Both the position numbers and the translations under genes were made by a program. Positions 9,507 through 17,436 of a DNA stretch of 64,000 nt are shown one piece after another. Source of the DNA: an uncultured Clostridia bacterium (GTDB lineage: Bacteria; Bacillota; Clostridia; Christensenellales; Aristaeellaceae); the NCBI GenBank assembly GCA_934632155.1, contig CAKTXZ010000013.1, positions 3,158-67,157 of the forward strand. Reading direction: 5' to 3'. The notes under the pieces were generated by a model. That model saw only the letters and a program-made list of their open reading frames with translations, was not told the DNA's origin and searched no databases. Position 1 is the first letter of the stretch; every line of letters starts with the position of its first letter.

Positions 9507-9791
9507 TTACAGGTACATTTCGTTGATTCGTTTTTTCTTGTCCGGGTCGATAAATTCAACCTCCATGCGGTCAAAGGGCACGTCCTCCATGAATTGATCG
9601 CGCAAAAAGCGCGCCTGTGAAAATTCCGCCCAGTCGCGCTCGTGCCGGGGCAGCAGCACGGGATGCGGAACATCCATGTCGTGGCAGGCCTTCTCCAGCG
9701 CTTCGCGCCATTCCTCATGCGTACAGGGGACGGTAACGTCCCGGTCAATTTTCGTCTTGCGCATCAGGCGCACCCAAATGCCAGCAGCCAT
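9507..9791 (-). CDS. hypothetical protein (94 aa)
   Basis: Start set at ATG 9791 behind AGGAGGAACGGCAAGC: MAAGIWVRLMRKTKIDRDVTVPCTHEEWREALEKACHDMD... It ends 21 nt before the cotH start, so the two are probably co-transcribed. Confidence 0.5.
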   Translation of the reverse strand: MAAGIWVRLMRKTKIDRDVTVPCTHEEWREALEKACHDMDVPHPVLLPRHERDWAEFSQARFLRDQFMEDVPFDRMEVEFIDPDKKKRINEMYL

Positions 9792-10229
9792 GCTTGCCGT
9801 TCCTCCTGTTTCCAATCGCGCTTCGTTTGAAACGCCCTCCCTGATTATGACACATTCCGCGTGATATTTCAAGCGGAACCGCCCCGCGCTTCCTTCCAAA
9901 GCGCCCCGCGTTTCCTTCCAAGCGACGGGTCGCGGCGCAGAAAGCCGCCGCATTTCTTTTTTCAAATCGCAGGCATATTAGCATGCCGGCGTTCATATAC
10001 TAGAGTATGTTTCCGGGAGGCGACAGCCGCATCTTCGAACCGCTTTTTCTGCATTTCAGGATAAAAGCCAAGAGCTTGAAAGCGCAAAAGTGCATGAAAA
10101 GATGCCGAAAATGCGTTCTGGCAAATTGAGAAACACGCACCGGATCATGCGGACGCGCAAAGGAAGAAAATTGCGCTTCTACATTTTCCGTCCCCCGCAT
10201 AGGCATGAAAGCAGGAAGGGGGCCGGAGA

Positions 10230-11033
10230 ATGATTAAGCAGATTACGCCGTCCGGGCGGGAAAAGCGGAAGCGGCGGCTGGGCGGAGCGCTTTCAGCGCT
10301 TGTCATGCTGTGCGCGCTGGGCAGCGTTTACGCCCTGCACACGCGCAGCGCGGAGGTTGTCGCCCGAAAGCGGGAGCTGCCCGTCTACTGTGTGGAGCGC
10401 AGCGACAACAAAATCGCCATCAGCTTTGACGCCGCGTGGGGCGGGGACAAAACGCGCAGGATACTGGATATTCTCGATCAATACGAGGTAAAAACGACGT
10501 TTTTCCTCGTGGATATCTGGACGCAGCGTTTCCCCGAGCTGGTCAAGGAAATCGTCGCGCGCGGACACGAGATCGGCAATCATTCTACCACGCATCCGCA
10601 AATGAGCAAGCTGAACGAAAGCAAAATTCTTTCCGAGCTGCAGACGATGAGCGACAACGCGCAGGCGCTGACCGGCGTGCGTCCCACGCTCTTTCGCCCG
10701 CCCTACGGCGATTACAACAACGCCGTTGTGCGCACGGCGCGCGCGGCGGGGTATGAGGTGGTTCAGTGGAGCGTGGATTCACTGGATTGGAAGAACAAAG
10801 GCACGGAGGATTTGGTTCGCAGAGCCACAAGGAACGTTCAAAGCGGCGACATCGTGCTGTTCCACAATGATTCAAAGTATATCGTGGAAGCGCTGCCCGC
10901 CATACTGGAGCACTACCGGCAGCAGGGGCTGAGCGTCGTTCCCGTCTCGCAGCTGCTGCTCGCCGGCGAAACCACCATCGATACTCAAGGCAGGCAGCGG
11001 CCTGTCGCGCCCACTATACCACCGGAGGTGTAA
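10230..11033 (+). CDS. polysaccharide deacetylase (NodB-homology, PdaA/PdaB-like)
   Basis: An N-terminal TM/signal segment is followed by ISFDAAWGGDKT...TFFLVDIW...GHEIGNHSTTHP...LFRPPYGDYN...IVLFHND. Confidence 0.85.
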   Translation: MIKQITPSGREKRKRRLGGALSALVMLCALGSVYALHTRSAEVVARKRELPVYCVERSDNKIAISFDAAWGGDKTRRILDILDQYEVKTTFFLVDIWTQRFPELVKEIVARGHEIGNHSTTHPQMSKLNESKILSELQTMSDNAQALTGVRPTLFRPPYGDYNNAVVRTARAAGYEVVQWSVDSLDWKNKGTEDLVRRATRNVQSGDIVLFHNDSKYIVEALPAILEHYRQQGLSVVPVSQLLLAGETTIDTQGRQRPVAPTIPPEV

Positions 11034-11042
11034 AAAGAAACC

Positions 11043-11699
11043 ATGGATACGGAAAGCAATCAGTTAACGCTCTGCGGCGTGATCGAAACCGCGCCGGTGC
11101 TGGATCACGAGGTCTTCGGCGAGCAATTCTACCGGCTGGAGCTGCGCGTGCCGCGCCTTTCCGGCGCGAGCGATCTTCTGCCCGTCACCATCAGCGACAG
11201 GCTGATGAACAGTCAGGTTTCCCCCGGCGTACGCATTCAGGTATCCGGCCAGCTGCGCTCCTACAATAAGGTCATGGGCGGCGCGGGTCGTCTTCTGCTC
11301 ACAGCCTTCGCCCAGCGCCTGCTGGCGCCCGACGACGGCGAAAACCCCAATATCATCCACCTTACCGGCGCGCTGTGCAAGCCGCCCTCCTTCCGCACCA
11401 CGCCCTTTGGCCGCGAAATTGCCGATTTGATGCTGGCGGTTAACCGCGCCTTTGGCAAAAGCGATTATATTCCCTGCATCGCATGGGGACGCACGGCGCG
11501 CTATGCCGCGCAGCTGAGCGTCGGCGACCGGCTGCAGGTTCAGGGGCGCTTTCAGAGCCGCGAATACCAAAAGCAGCTGCCCGACGGCGTCATCGCCAAC
11601 CGCACCGCCTACGAGGTATCGCTCAACCGCCTGACCTGCGTCAAGGACGCCCCGCTGGACGCCCCGCAGGCCCGCCCGCATGAGCAGCCGCTTCAATAG
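11043..11699 (+). CDS. ssb: single-stranded DNA-binding protein paralog with two tandem OB folds
   Basis: Two SSB-like halves. Residues ~7-95 read NQLTLCGVIETAPV...FYRLELRV...IQVSGQLRSY. Residues ~103-205 read NIIHLTGALCKPPSFRTTPFGREIADLMLAVNR...IPCIAWGRTARYAAQLSVGDRLQVQGRFQSREY. There is no acidic C-terminal tip. Confidence 0.7.
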   Translation: MDTESNQLTLCGVIETAPVLDHEVFGEQFYRLELRVPRLSGASDLLPVTISDRLMNSQVSPGVRIQVSGQLRSYNKVMGGAGRLLLTAFAQRLLAPDDGENPNIIHLTGALCKPPSFRTTPFGREIADLMLAVNRAFGKSDYIPCIAWGRTARYAAQLSVGDRLQVQGRFQSREYQKQLPDGVIANRTAYEVSLNRLTCVKDAPLDAPQARPHEQPLQ

Positions 11700-11738
11700 C
11701 CTTTTCGGTCTATCGTCCAAATGAATCGCCATGCAAAC

Positions 11739-11776
11739 GGAGCCTGCCGCAGAGCTTTTCCTCTGCCGCAGGCTCC
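11739..11776 (+). terminator. hairpin terminator after ssb
   Basis: GGAGCCTGCCGCAGAG-CTTTTC-CTCTGCCGCAGGCTCC pairs 15 of 16 positions and is followed by TTTG, 40 nt after the ssb stop. Confidence 0.65.
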
Positions 11777-11929
11777 TTTGCATGCCCCAGAGCTATGTAT
11801 TTTTGACATACTGAATGCAGGATGAAATCCCGTATCCCGCAGGACAAGGCTGCGAGACGGCTTTTGCTATGCGAACGCTCTGCAAAATTTCCCGCCAGCC
11901 AAAGCCGGGCATGCGATCAAGCCATTCCG

Positions 11930-12772
11930 TTATCCCTTGACCGCGCCCGCCGTTACGCCGGAGATGATGTGCTTCTGGCAGGAAAGGTAGAATATCACGA
12001 TCGGAATAATGCTCAGCAAAATCAGCGCCATCACCGCGCCCAAATCGACGCGGCCGTAGCTGCCCTGCAAGTATTGAATATGAATGGGGATGGTGCGGTA
12101 CTTGGTGCGATCCAGCACCAGATAAGGCAGCAAATAATCGTTCCAGACCCACATAATCTCCAGCACGCCCACGGACACCGTAATGGGCTTGAGCATGGGA
12201 AACACAACGCCGAAATACGTGCGAATCGGGCCGCAGCCGTCAATTGCGGCAGCCTCCTCAATATCCAGCGGGATGCCCTTGACAAAGCCTGTGAACATGA
12301 AAACCGCCAGCCCCGCGCCAAAGCCCAGATAGATGATCGGAATGGTCCACGGCGTATCCAAATGCAGCGTGTTGGCCGTCTTGGCCAGCGTGAACATGAC
12401 CATCTGGAAGGGCACGACCATGGAAAACACGCACAGGTAGTAGACAACCTTGGAAAACGCATCGTTCACACGGGAAATGTACCAGGCCGCCATCGACGTG
12501 CACAGCAAGATCAGCGCCGCGGAAAGCACGGTGATGACGAGGCTGTAGCCGCCGCACAGGAGGAACGAATAATTGCCGAAGTTTATGCCGTTGACGAAGT
12601 TATCAAACCCCATGAAGGTTTCCGCGTTCGGCAGCGCAAAAACATTGGTGTTGACGGCGGCATTGCTCTTAAAGGCATTGTACGCCACCAGAATAATGGG
12701 CATCATGTATACCACGCAGATCACGGCGAACGCGACGCTCAACGCGGTTTTCAGTTCATGATCGCGCTTCAT
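11930..12772 (-). CDS. carbohydrate ABC transporter permease (MalG-type)
   Basis: 280 aa with 6 TM segments and an EAA-like loop, IEEAAAIDGCGPIRTYFGVVFPML. Confidence 0.85.
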   Translation of the reverse strand: MKRDHELKTALSVAFAVICVVYMMPIILVAYNAFKSNAAVNTNVFALPNAETFMGFDNFVNGINFGNYSFLLCGGYSLVITVLSAALILLCTSMAAWYISRVNDAFSKVVYYLCVFSMVVPFQMVMFTLAKTANTLHLDTPWTIPIIYLGFGAGLAVFMFTGFVKGIPLDIEEAAAIDGCGPIRTYFGVVFPMLKPITVSVGVLEIMWVWNDYLLPYLVLDRTKYRTIPIHIQYLQGSYGRVDLGAVMALILLSIIPIVIFYLSCQKHIISGVTAGAVKG

Positions 12773-13728
12773 TACTGCTGCACCTCCTTGGAATGCGTCG
12801 CCCGCAGCTGAATCAGGGCGATAGCGGCCACCAGCACAAAGAACAGCACGGCCTTCGCCTGCCCCACGCCGCGGGAATTGGCGTTCAGATAGAAGGTGTT
12901 GTAGATATTGAGCGCCAGCATTTCGGTGGTGCGAATCTGCATGCCGCCCTGAATGGCGATGGGCTGGCCAACGCCGTTGAGGGCCAGATTCTGGTCAAAG
13001 AGCTTGAAGCCGTTGGTCAGGGACAGGAACGTGCAGATGGTGATGGAGGGCATGACGGTCGGGATGATGATGCGGGTAAGCGTATGCCAGCCGTTCGCGC
13101 CGTCGATCTTGGCCGCCTCGAGCATATCCTCCGACACGGATTGAATGCCCGCAATATAGATAATCATCATGTAGCCGATCTGCTGCCAGCACATCAGCAC
13201 AATCAGCCCCCAGAAGCCGTAGGTGGTATTGAGCAAAACGCTCTGCGGCAGCAGCGTGGCATAAATGATAGACCAGATATAGCCCAGCACAATGCCGCCG
13301 ATGAGGTTGGGCATGAAAAAGACGCTGCGGTAAATGTTTGCGCCCCGAATGCCGCGGGTCAGCGCGTACGCCACCGCAAAGGCCAGCACGTTAATCAGCA
13401 CCAACGACGTTACCGCGACCAGCGCGGTATACCAGAAGGCATGCAGGAAGCCCGGATCCTTCAGCGCCTTGATATAATTGGCGAGGCCGATCCATTGCGC
13501 ATCCGACGTGGTTCTGAACTTGCAGAAGGAAAGATGAACGCCCTTCAGGAAGGGATACAGAAAGCCGATGCAGAAGGCGATGAACGTCGGCAACAGGAAA
13601 AGCGCGAAGCAGCGCTGAATCGGCCTGCGAATCAGGGATGAATTGACGGCCGCGCTTTGCATGCGGCGCGGCTTTGCCTTGGCACGCTGAACCGGGGGCA
13701 ATTGAACAGACGAGCTATTTTTCTCCAT
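12772..13728 (-). CDS. carbohydrate ABC transporter permease (MalF-type)
   Basis: Start set at ATG 13728 (GGAGG upstream; MEKNSSSVQLPP...). EAA loop is LEAAKIDGANGWHTLTRIIIPTVMP. TAATG 1-nt overlap with the downstream permease. Confidence 0.85.
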   Translation of the reverse strand: MEKNSSSVQLPPVQRAKAKPRRMQSAAVNSSLIRRPIQRCFALFLLPTFIAFCIGFLYPFLKGVHLSFCKFRTTSDAQWIGLANYIKALKDPGFLHAFWYTALVAVTSLVLINVLAFAVAYALTRGIRGANIYRSVFFMPNLIGGIVLGYIWSIIYATLLPQSVLLNTTYGFWGLIVLMCWQQIGYMMIIYIAGIQSVSEDMLEAAKIDGANGWHTLTRIIIPTVMPSITICTFLSLTNGFKLFDQNLALNGVGQPIAIQGGMQIRTTEMLALNIYNTFYLNANSRGVGQAKAVLFFVLVAAIALIQLRATHSKEVQQ

Positions 13729-13807
13729 AAGGCGGCGCCTCCGAACCTTTGAATAAGAAGGGGGAGCAGGCACGCCCACTCCCCCTTCCGTGGTTTTTCA
13801 GGAATAA

Positions 13808-15085
13808 TTACTGGTTGTTATACTGCACAGCCCAGCCGTCCACAACAGCGGACACAACCTCGCTCCAGTCGCTGGTGCCGCCGCAATACTGCAGCAGAGC
13901 GGCCACAACGCCCGCACGGAAGTCGTCCACATTGGGGGTGTAGTTGAAGGCCCACGTTACAACGTAGTTGCCGTTGGCAATGTAGGCGTTCGCATCGTTG
14001 AAGAACACGTTATTGGAAGCCTTCGCAGCCTTGAAGGGGATGGGGCCAAACTGCTCGGCCATCATCGTGGTGCCCTCTTCACTGGTCACAACCCAGTAGA
14101 GGAAATCCAGCGTCGCGTCGATATCAGCCTGAGAAGCCTTGGCGTTCACGGCCCAGCAGTTCTCGGTGCCGCAAGCCAGCGCTGCCTTTTCCTCGCCTTC
14201 CACGCCGCAGTAGATCGGGATCATGGCCAGATCCTCAGCCTTCATGCCGTAGTCGGGGCCCGTCAGGTTGGAATATTCCCACGTGCCGTTCTGGTAGAAC
14301 ACAGCCTTGCTCTGGCCAAACTCAGCCTCGGCCTGATTGCCGGTCGCGGTGGCCAGCTGCGCGGGGTCGATGGAAGCGTCGGTGATGTACAGATCCCAGA
14401 TCTTCTTGAAGTTGTCCATGTACTTGCCGGTGAGCGTCGCGGGCTGCGCCGTCACGTTGTCGTCACGGAATTCGTAGTACAGGGGCATATTCAGCAGATG
14501 GCCGGAGAAGCGCCAGGAGGAGGAGCCGTCCAGACCGGCGGAGGTGAAGGCGTCAAAGCCCAGCTCGTCCTTGCGGGCGTGGATATCGTCGGCAACCTTC
14601 TTGAGGGTTTCGAAGTTGGTGATGTCGCTGAGCTGATAGCCGGCCTGAGCCAGCAGCGCCTTGTTGACGATGATGCCGAAGGCTTCGTAGCAATAGCCGA
14701 TCGCCTTGGCCTCGCCGCTCGCATCGTAGAGGTTGAAATCGTGCGTGTTCAGCTCTTCATAGACCTTGGAGCCGCGCAGATCAAGGCAATAATCGCCCCA
14801 CGTCTCCAGACCCTGCAGGTTGCCGCACTGGAACAGCGTCGGGGCGTTCGCGCCCTTATCCATTTCGGCGGTCAGCGTCTGGGAATAGGTGCCGGAAGCG
14901 GCGGTGACAACCTTCACCTCAACGCCGGTCTTGGCGGTGTAGGTTTGTGCAAGCGTTTGCCAAGCCACATCAGCCTCAGGCTTGAAGTTCAGGTAATAGA
15001 CCTTGCCGGTTTCGGCGCTAGCGGGAATCGCCAGCATCGACAGCGCAAGCATCATGGCCAGCGCCAGTGCGAACAGCTTCTTCAT
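13808..15085 (-). CDS. ABC transporter extracellular solute-binding protein (family 1, sugar)
   Basis: Signal peptide MKKLFALALAMMLALSMLAIPASA. 425 aa, first gene of the SBP-permease-permease operon, with an AAAGGTGG RBS. Confidence 0.85.
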   Translation of the reverse strand: MKKLFALALAMMLALSMLAIPASAETGKVYYLNFKPEADVAWQTLAQTYTAKTGVEVKVVTAASGTYSQTLTAEMDKGANAPTLFQCGNLQGLETWGDYCLDLRGSKVYEELNTHDFNLYDASGEAKAIGYCYEAFGIIVNKALLAQAGYQLSDITNFETLKKVADDIHARKDELGFDAFTSAGLDGSSSWRFSGHLLNMPLYYEFRDDNVTAQPATLTGKYMDNFKKIWDLYITDASIDPAQLATATGNQAEAEFGQSKAVFYQNGTWEYSNLTGPDYGMKAEDLAMIPIYCGVEGEEKAALACGTENCWAVNAKASQADIDATLDFLYWVVTSEEGTTMMAEQFGPIPFKAAKASNNVFFNDANAYIANGNYVVTWAFNYTPNVDDFRAGVVAALLQYCGGTSDWSEVVSAVVDGWAVQYNNQ

Positions 15086-15102
15086 GGATATACCACCTTT
15101 CT

Positions 15103-15128
15103 TTTTCTACACGTTTTCTACACGTTTT
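15103..15128 (-). repeat. tandem 11-nt direct repeat in the leader of the solute-binding-protein gene
   Basis: Minus strand reads AAAACGTGTAG AAAACGTGTAG AAAA, immediately upstream of the RBS; the units are 11 nt apart. Confidence 0.7.
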
Positions 15129-15184
15129 CGCGAAAAATGTCGGATAAGCGTTTCGGGGAGGAAACGTCTCTTTCCAACAACGCG

Positions 15185-15213
15185 AGTATATATCCGTTTT
15201 GATTTTTTGTCAA
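15185..15213 (-). promoter_or_regulatory. sigma-A type promoter of ABC sugar-uptake operon 1
   Basis: Minus strand TTGACA (15213-15208), 17-nt spacer, TATACT (15190-15185). Confidence 0.65.
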
Positions 15214-15289
15214 TATGCACAAGAAATATTTTACGAATTTGGCCTTCGGCTCACACGCTTTGCTCCCTCCAGCGCCCGCTGGCGCGCGG

Positions 15290-16168
15290 CTAGGACTTTT
15301 TCGCCGCCTCAACGGCATAAGAGAGAATCGCACCCGCAACGTCGGCGCGGGTCAACGCTTCCAGCGCGGTAAAATGCGCGTTGGAATTGACCTCGCAAAG
15401 CAGCGGCCCCTCCGCGCCGCGCAGAATGTCCACGCCCGCAAAATCCAGCCCCAGCGCACGGCACGCGCGGGCCGCCAGCGCAATTTCCTCCTGCTCAGGC
15501 ACGCAGGGCTCTGCATGCCCGCCATGCTGAATATTGGCGCGAAAATCATGCGCGTTGACGCGGCGCATCGCGGCGACGCACCGGCCGCCAACCATGTACA
15601 GCCGCATATCCCGCCCCGCGCTTTCCCGAATAAAGCGCTGCAGCAGCATCGGCCGTCCTGCGGCGCGGCGCACAATGGCCGCCGCCTCCGCCTCATTCCG
15701 CGCCAGATACACCTGCTCGCCAAAGGAGCCGCAGCCCTCCTTGACGACCATCGGAAAGCCCAGTCTTTCGCCCGCGGCGCGCAGAAAGTCCACCTGCGGA
15801 TAGCCGACGGCCGGAAACGAATGCGGACAAAGCACGGTTTCGGGCGTCGGAATATCCAGCCCTGCCAGCGTCAGGTGCGTGAGCGTCTTGTCGTCGCACA
15901 GCGCGATGGCGCGCGCGGAATTGAGCACCCGCGCGCCGGCCTTTTCCATCGCCGCGGCCAGCCGCACATCCTTGTCCCAGAAAAGCACAAAATCGCTCTC
16001 CGGCAGGGGAGAAAGCGCCGAAAGCGACGGCAGCGCGTAAAGCGCCTCGGCGTTCGTGCGCACGTTCAGCGCAACGCCGCGCGACGCGGCCGCCTGAAGC
16101 AGCCGCGCAGCGATATGCTCCATGGACGCATTGCGCCAAAATGCGTTAACGATGAGCGTGCCGGTCAT
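15290..16168 (-). CDS. RimK-family ATP-grasp ligase
   Basis: Start at ATG 16168 (GGAGGG upstream). ATP-grasp signatures include GFPMVVKEGCGSFGEQVYL, MLLQRFI, RLYMVGGR and GLDFAGVDIL...LLCEVNSNA. Confidence 0.7.
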   Translation of the reverse strand: MTGTLIVNAFWRNASMEHIAARLLQAAASRGVALNVRTNAEALYALPSLSALSPLPESDFVLFWDKDVRLAAAMEKAGARVLNSARAIALCDDKTLTHLTLAGLDIPTPETVLCPHSFPAVGYPQVDFLRAAGERLGFPMVVKEGCGSFGEQVYLARNEAEAAAIVRRAAGRPMLLQRFIRESAGRDMRLYMVGGRCVAAMRRVNAHDFRANIQHGGHAEPCVPEQEEIALAARACRALGLDFAGVDILRGAEGPLLCEVNSNAHFTALEALTRADVAGAILSYAVEAAKKS

Positions 16169-16316
16169 GACGCATCCCTCCGACCTTTTCATGTTGCCCC
16201 CAAGCGATCATGAAGCATCCATACGCATACGGCGCGGGAGGGCGCAGCCGGCCGTCAAGGCGTTCCTCATGCGCCGACGGCGTCCCTCCCGTAAGCGATC
16301 CACCCGGTTCGGCGCT

Positions 16317-17390
16317 TTAATCGCCGAAGGAAATGCCCATATCGCGCGCCACCTCGATCATCTGCGAATCGGCGGGCACGGGCTTGGGCACGCCGGCAAT
16401 TTCGCTCAGCCGGTTATGCGTGATGGTATTGCCCGACAGCGCGACGGTCACGCCGTATTCGCCGCGCTTGATCAGCTGCGCGGCATGCACGCCGAGCTGT
16501 GTGGAAAGCACACGGTCATACGCCGAGGGCGAGCCGCCGCGCTGCACATGCCCGGGCACAACGGCGCGCGCCTCCACGCCTACCAGCGCGCTCAAATCCT
16601 TGGCGATGCGATCGGCAATGCCGTTAAAGCCGTTTTCGGCGCGATACGCGTCGCGCTCCCGCCGCTTCATTTTCGCTTCCTTTTTGTCCATCGCGCCCTC
16701 GGCGACGGCCAGAATAGAAAACGCCTTTTTGCTATTGGCGCGCGCCTCGACCACCTTGGCCACTTCCCGGATATCATAGGGAATTTCGGGCAAAAGCACC
16801 ACGTCCGCGCCGCCGGCAAGGCCGGAATACAGCGTCAGCCAGCCCGCCTTGTTGCCCATGATCTCAATCACCATGCACCGCCCGTGCGAGGCGGCGGTGG
16901 TATGGATGCGGTCAATCACGTCGGTGGCGATATCCACGGCGGTGTGGAAGCCGAAGGTAAAATCCGTGCCGTAGATATCGTTGTCGATGGTCTTGGGCAG
17001 GCCGATCACGTTCAGCCCCTCCTCGCTGAGCAGGTTGGCCGTTTTGTGCGTGCCGTTGCCGCCCAGCGTCACCAGACAATCCAGCTTCATTTTCTCATAA
17101 TTTGCCTTCATCGCCTTGACCTTGTCCACATTGTCTTCACCGATGACGCGCATATTGCGGAAGGGCTGCCGGCTCGTGCCTAAAATTGTGCCGCCGAGCG
17201 TAAGAATGCCGGAAAACTGGCTGCGCTTCATTTCCTGCCATTCGCCCTCGATCAGGCCGCGATAGCCATCCATAATCCCCACGATTTCCGCGTCGAACAT
17301 TTCATACGCCGCGCGCGCGACGCCGCGAATAGCCGCGTTCAGCCCCGGGCAGTCGCCGCCGCTGGTCAAGATACCGATCCTGCGTTTCAT
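16317..17390 (-). CDS. pfkA: 6-phosphofructokinase (PfkA family; phosphoryl donor not assignable from sequence)
   Basis: MKRRIGILTSGGDCPGLNAAIRGV...LVTLGGNGT...GLPKTIDNDI...MGNKAGWL...PGHVQRGG. Start at ATG 17390 (AAGGAGG upstream). Confidence 0.9.
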   Translation of the reverse strand: MKRRIGILTSGGDCPGLNAAIRGVARAAYEMFDAEIVGIMDGYRGLIEGEWQEMKRSQFSGILTLGGTILGTSRQPFRNMRVIGEDNVDKVKAMKANYEKMKLDCLVTLGGNGTHKTANLLSEEGLNVIGLPKTIDNDIYGTDFTFGFHTAVDIATDVIDRIHTTAASHGRCMVIEIMGNKAGWLTLYSGLAGGADVVLLPEIPYDIREVAKVVEARANSKKAFSILAVAEGAMDKKEAKMKRRERDAYRAENGFNGIADRIAKDLSALVGVEARAVVPGHVQRGGSPSAYDRVLSTQLGVHAAQLIKRGEYGVTVALSGNTITHNRLSEIAGVPKPVPADSQMIEVARDMGISFGD

Positions 17391-17436
17391 AACGCGAGCC
17401 TCCTTTCGAATCATGACGGGCAGAGCCCCTGCGCCG

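Noticed and set aside
11742-11764. 15-nt identity (GCCTGCCGCAGAGCT) shared by the ssb terminator hairpin and a hairpin at 59913-59954, suggesting a REP-like element
   Set aside because: A handful of 15-mer coincidences are expected by chance in 64 kb of GC-biased sequence. There are only two copies and the flanks diverge, so this is not enough to call a repeat family.
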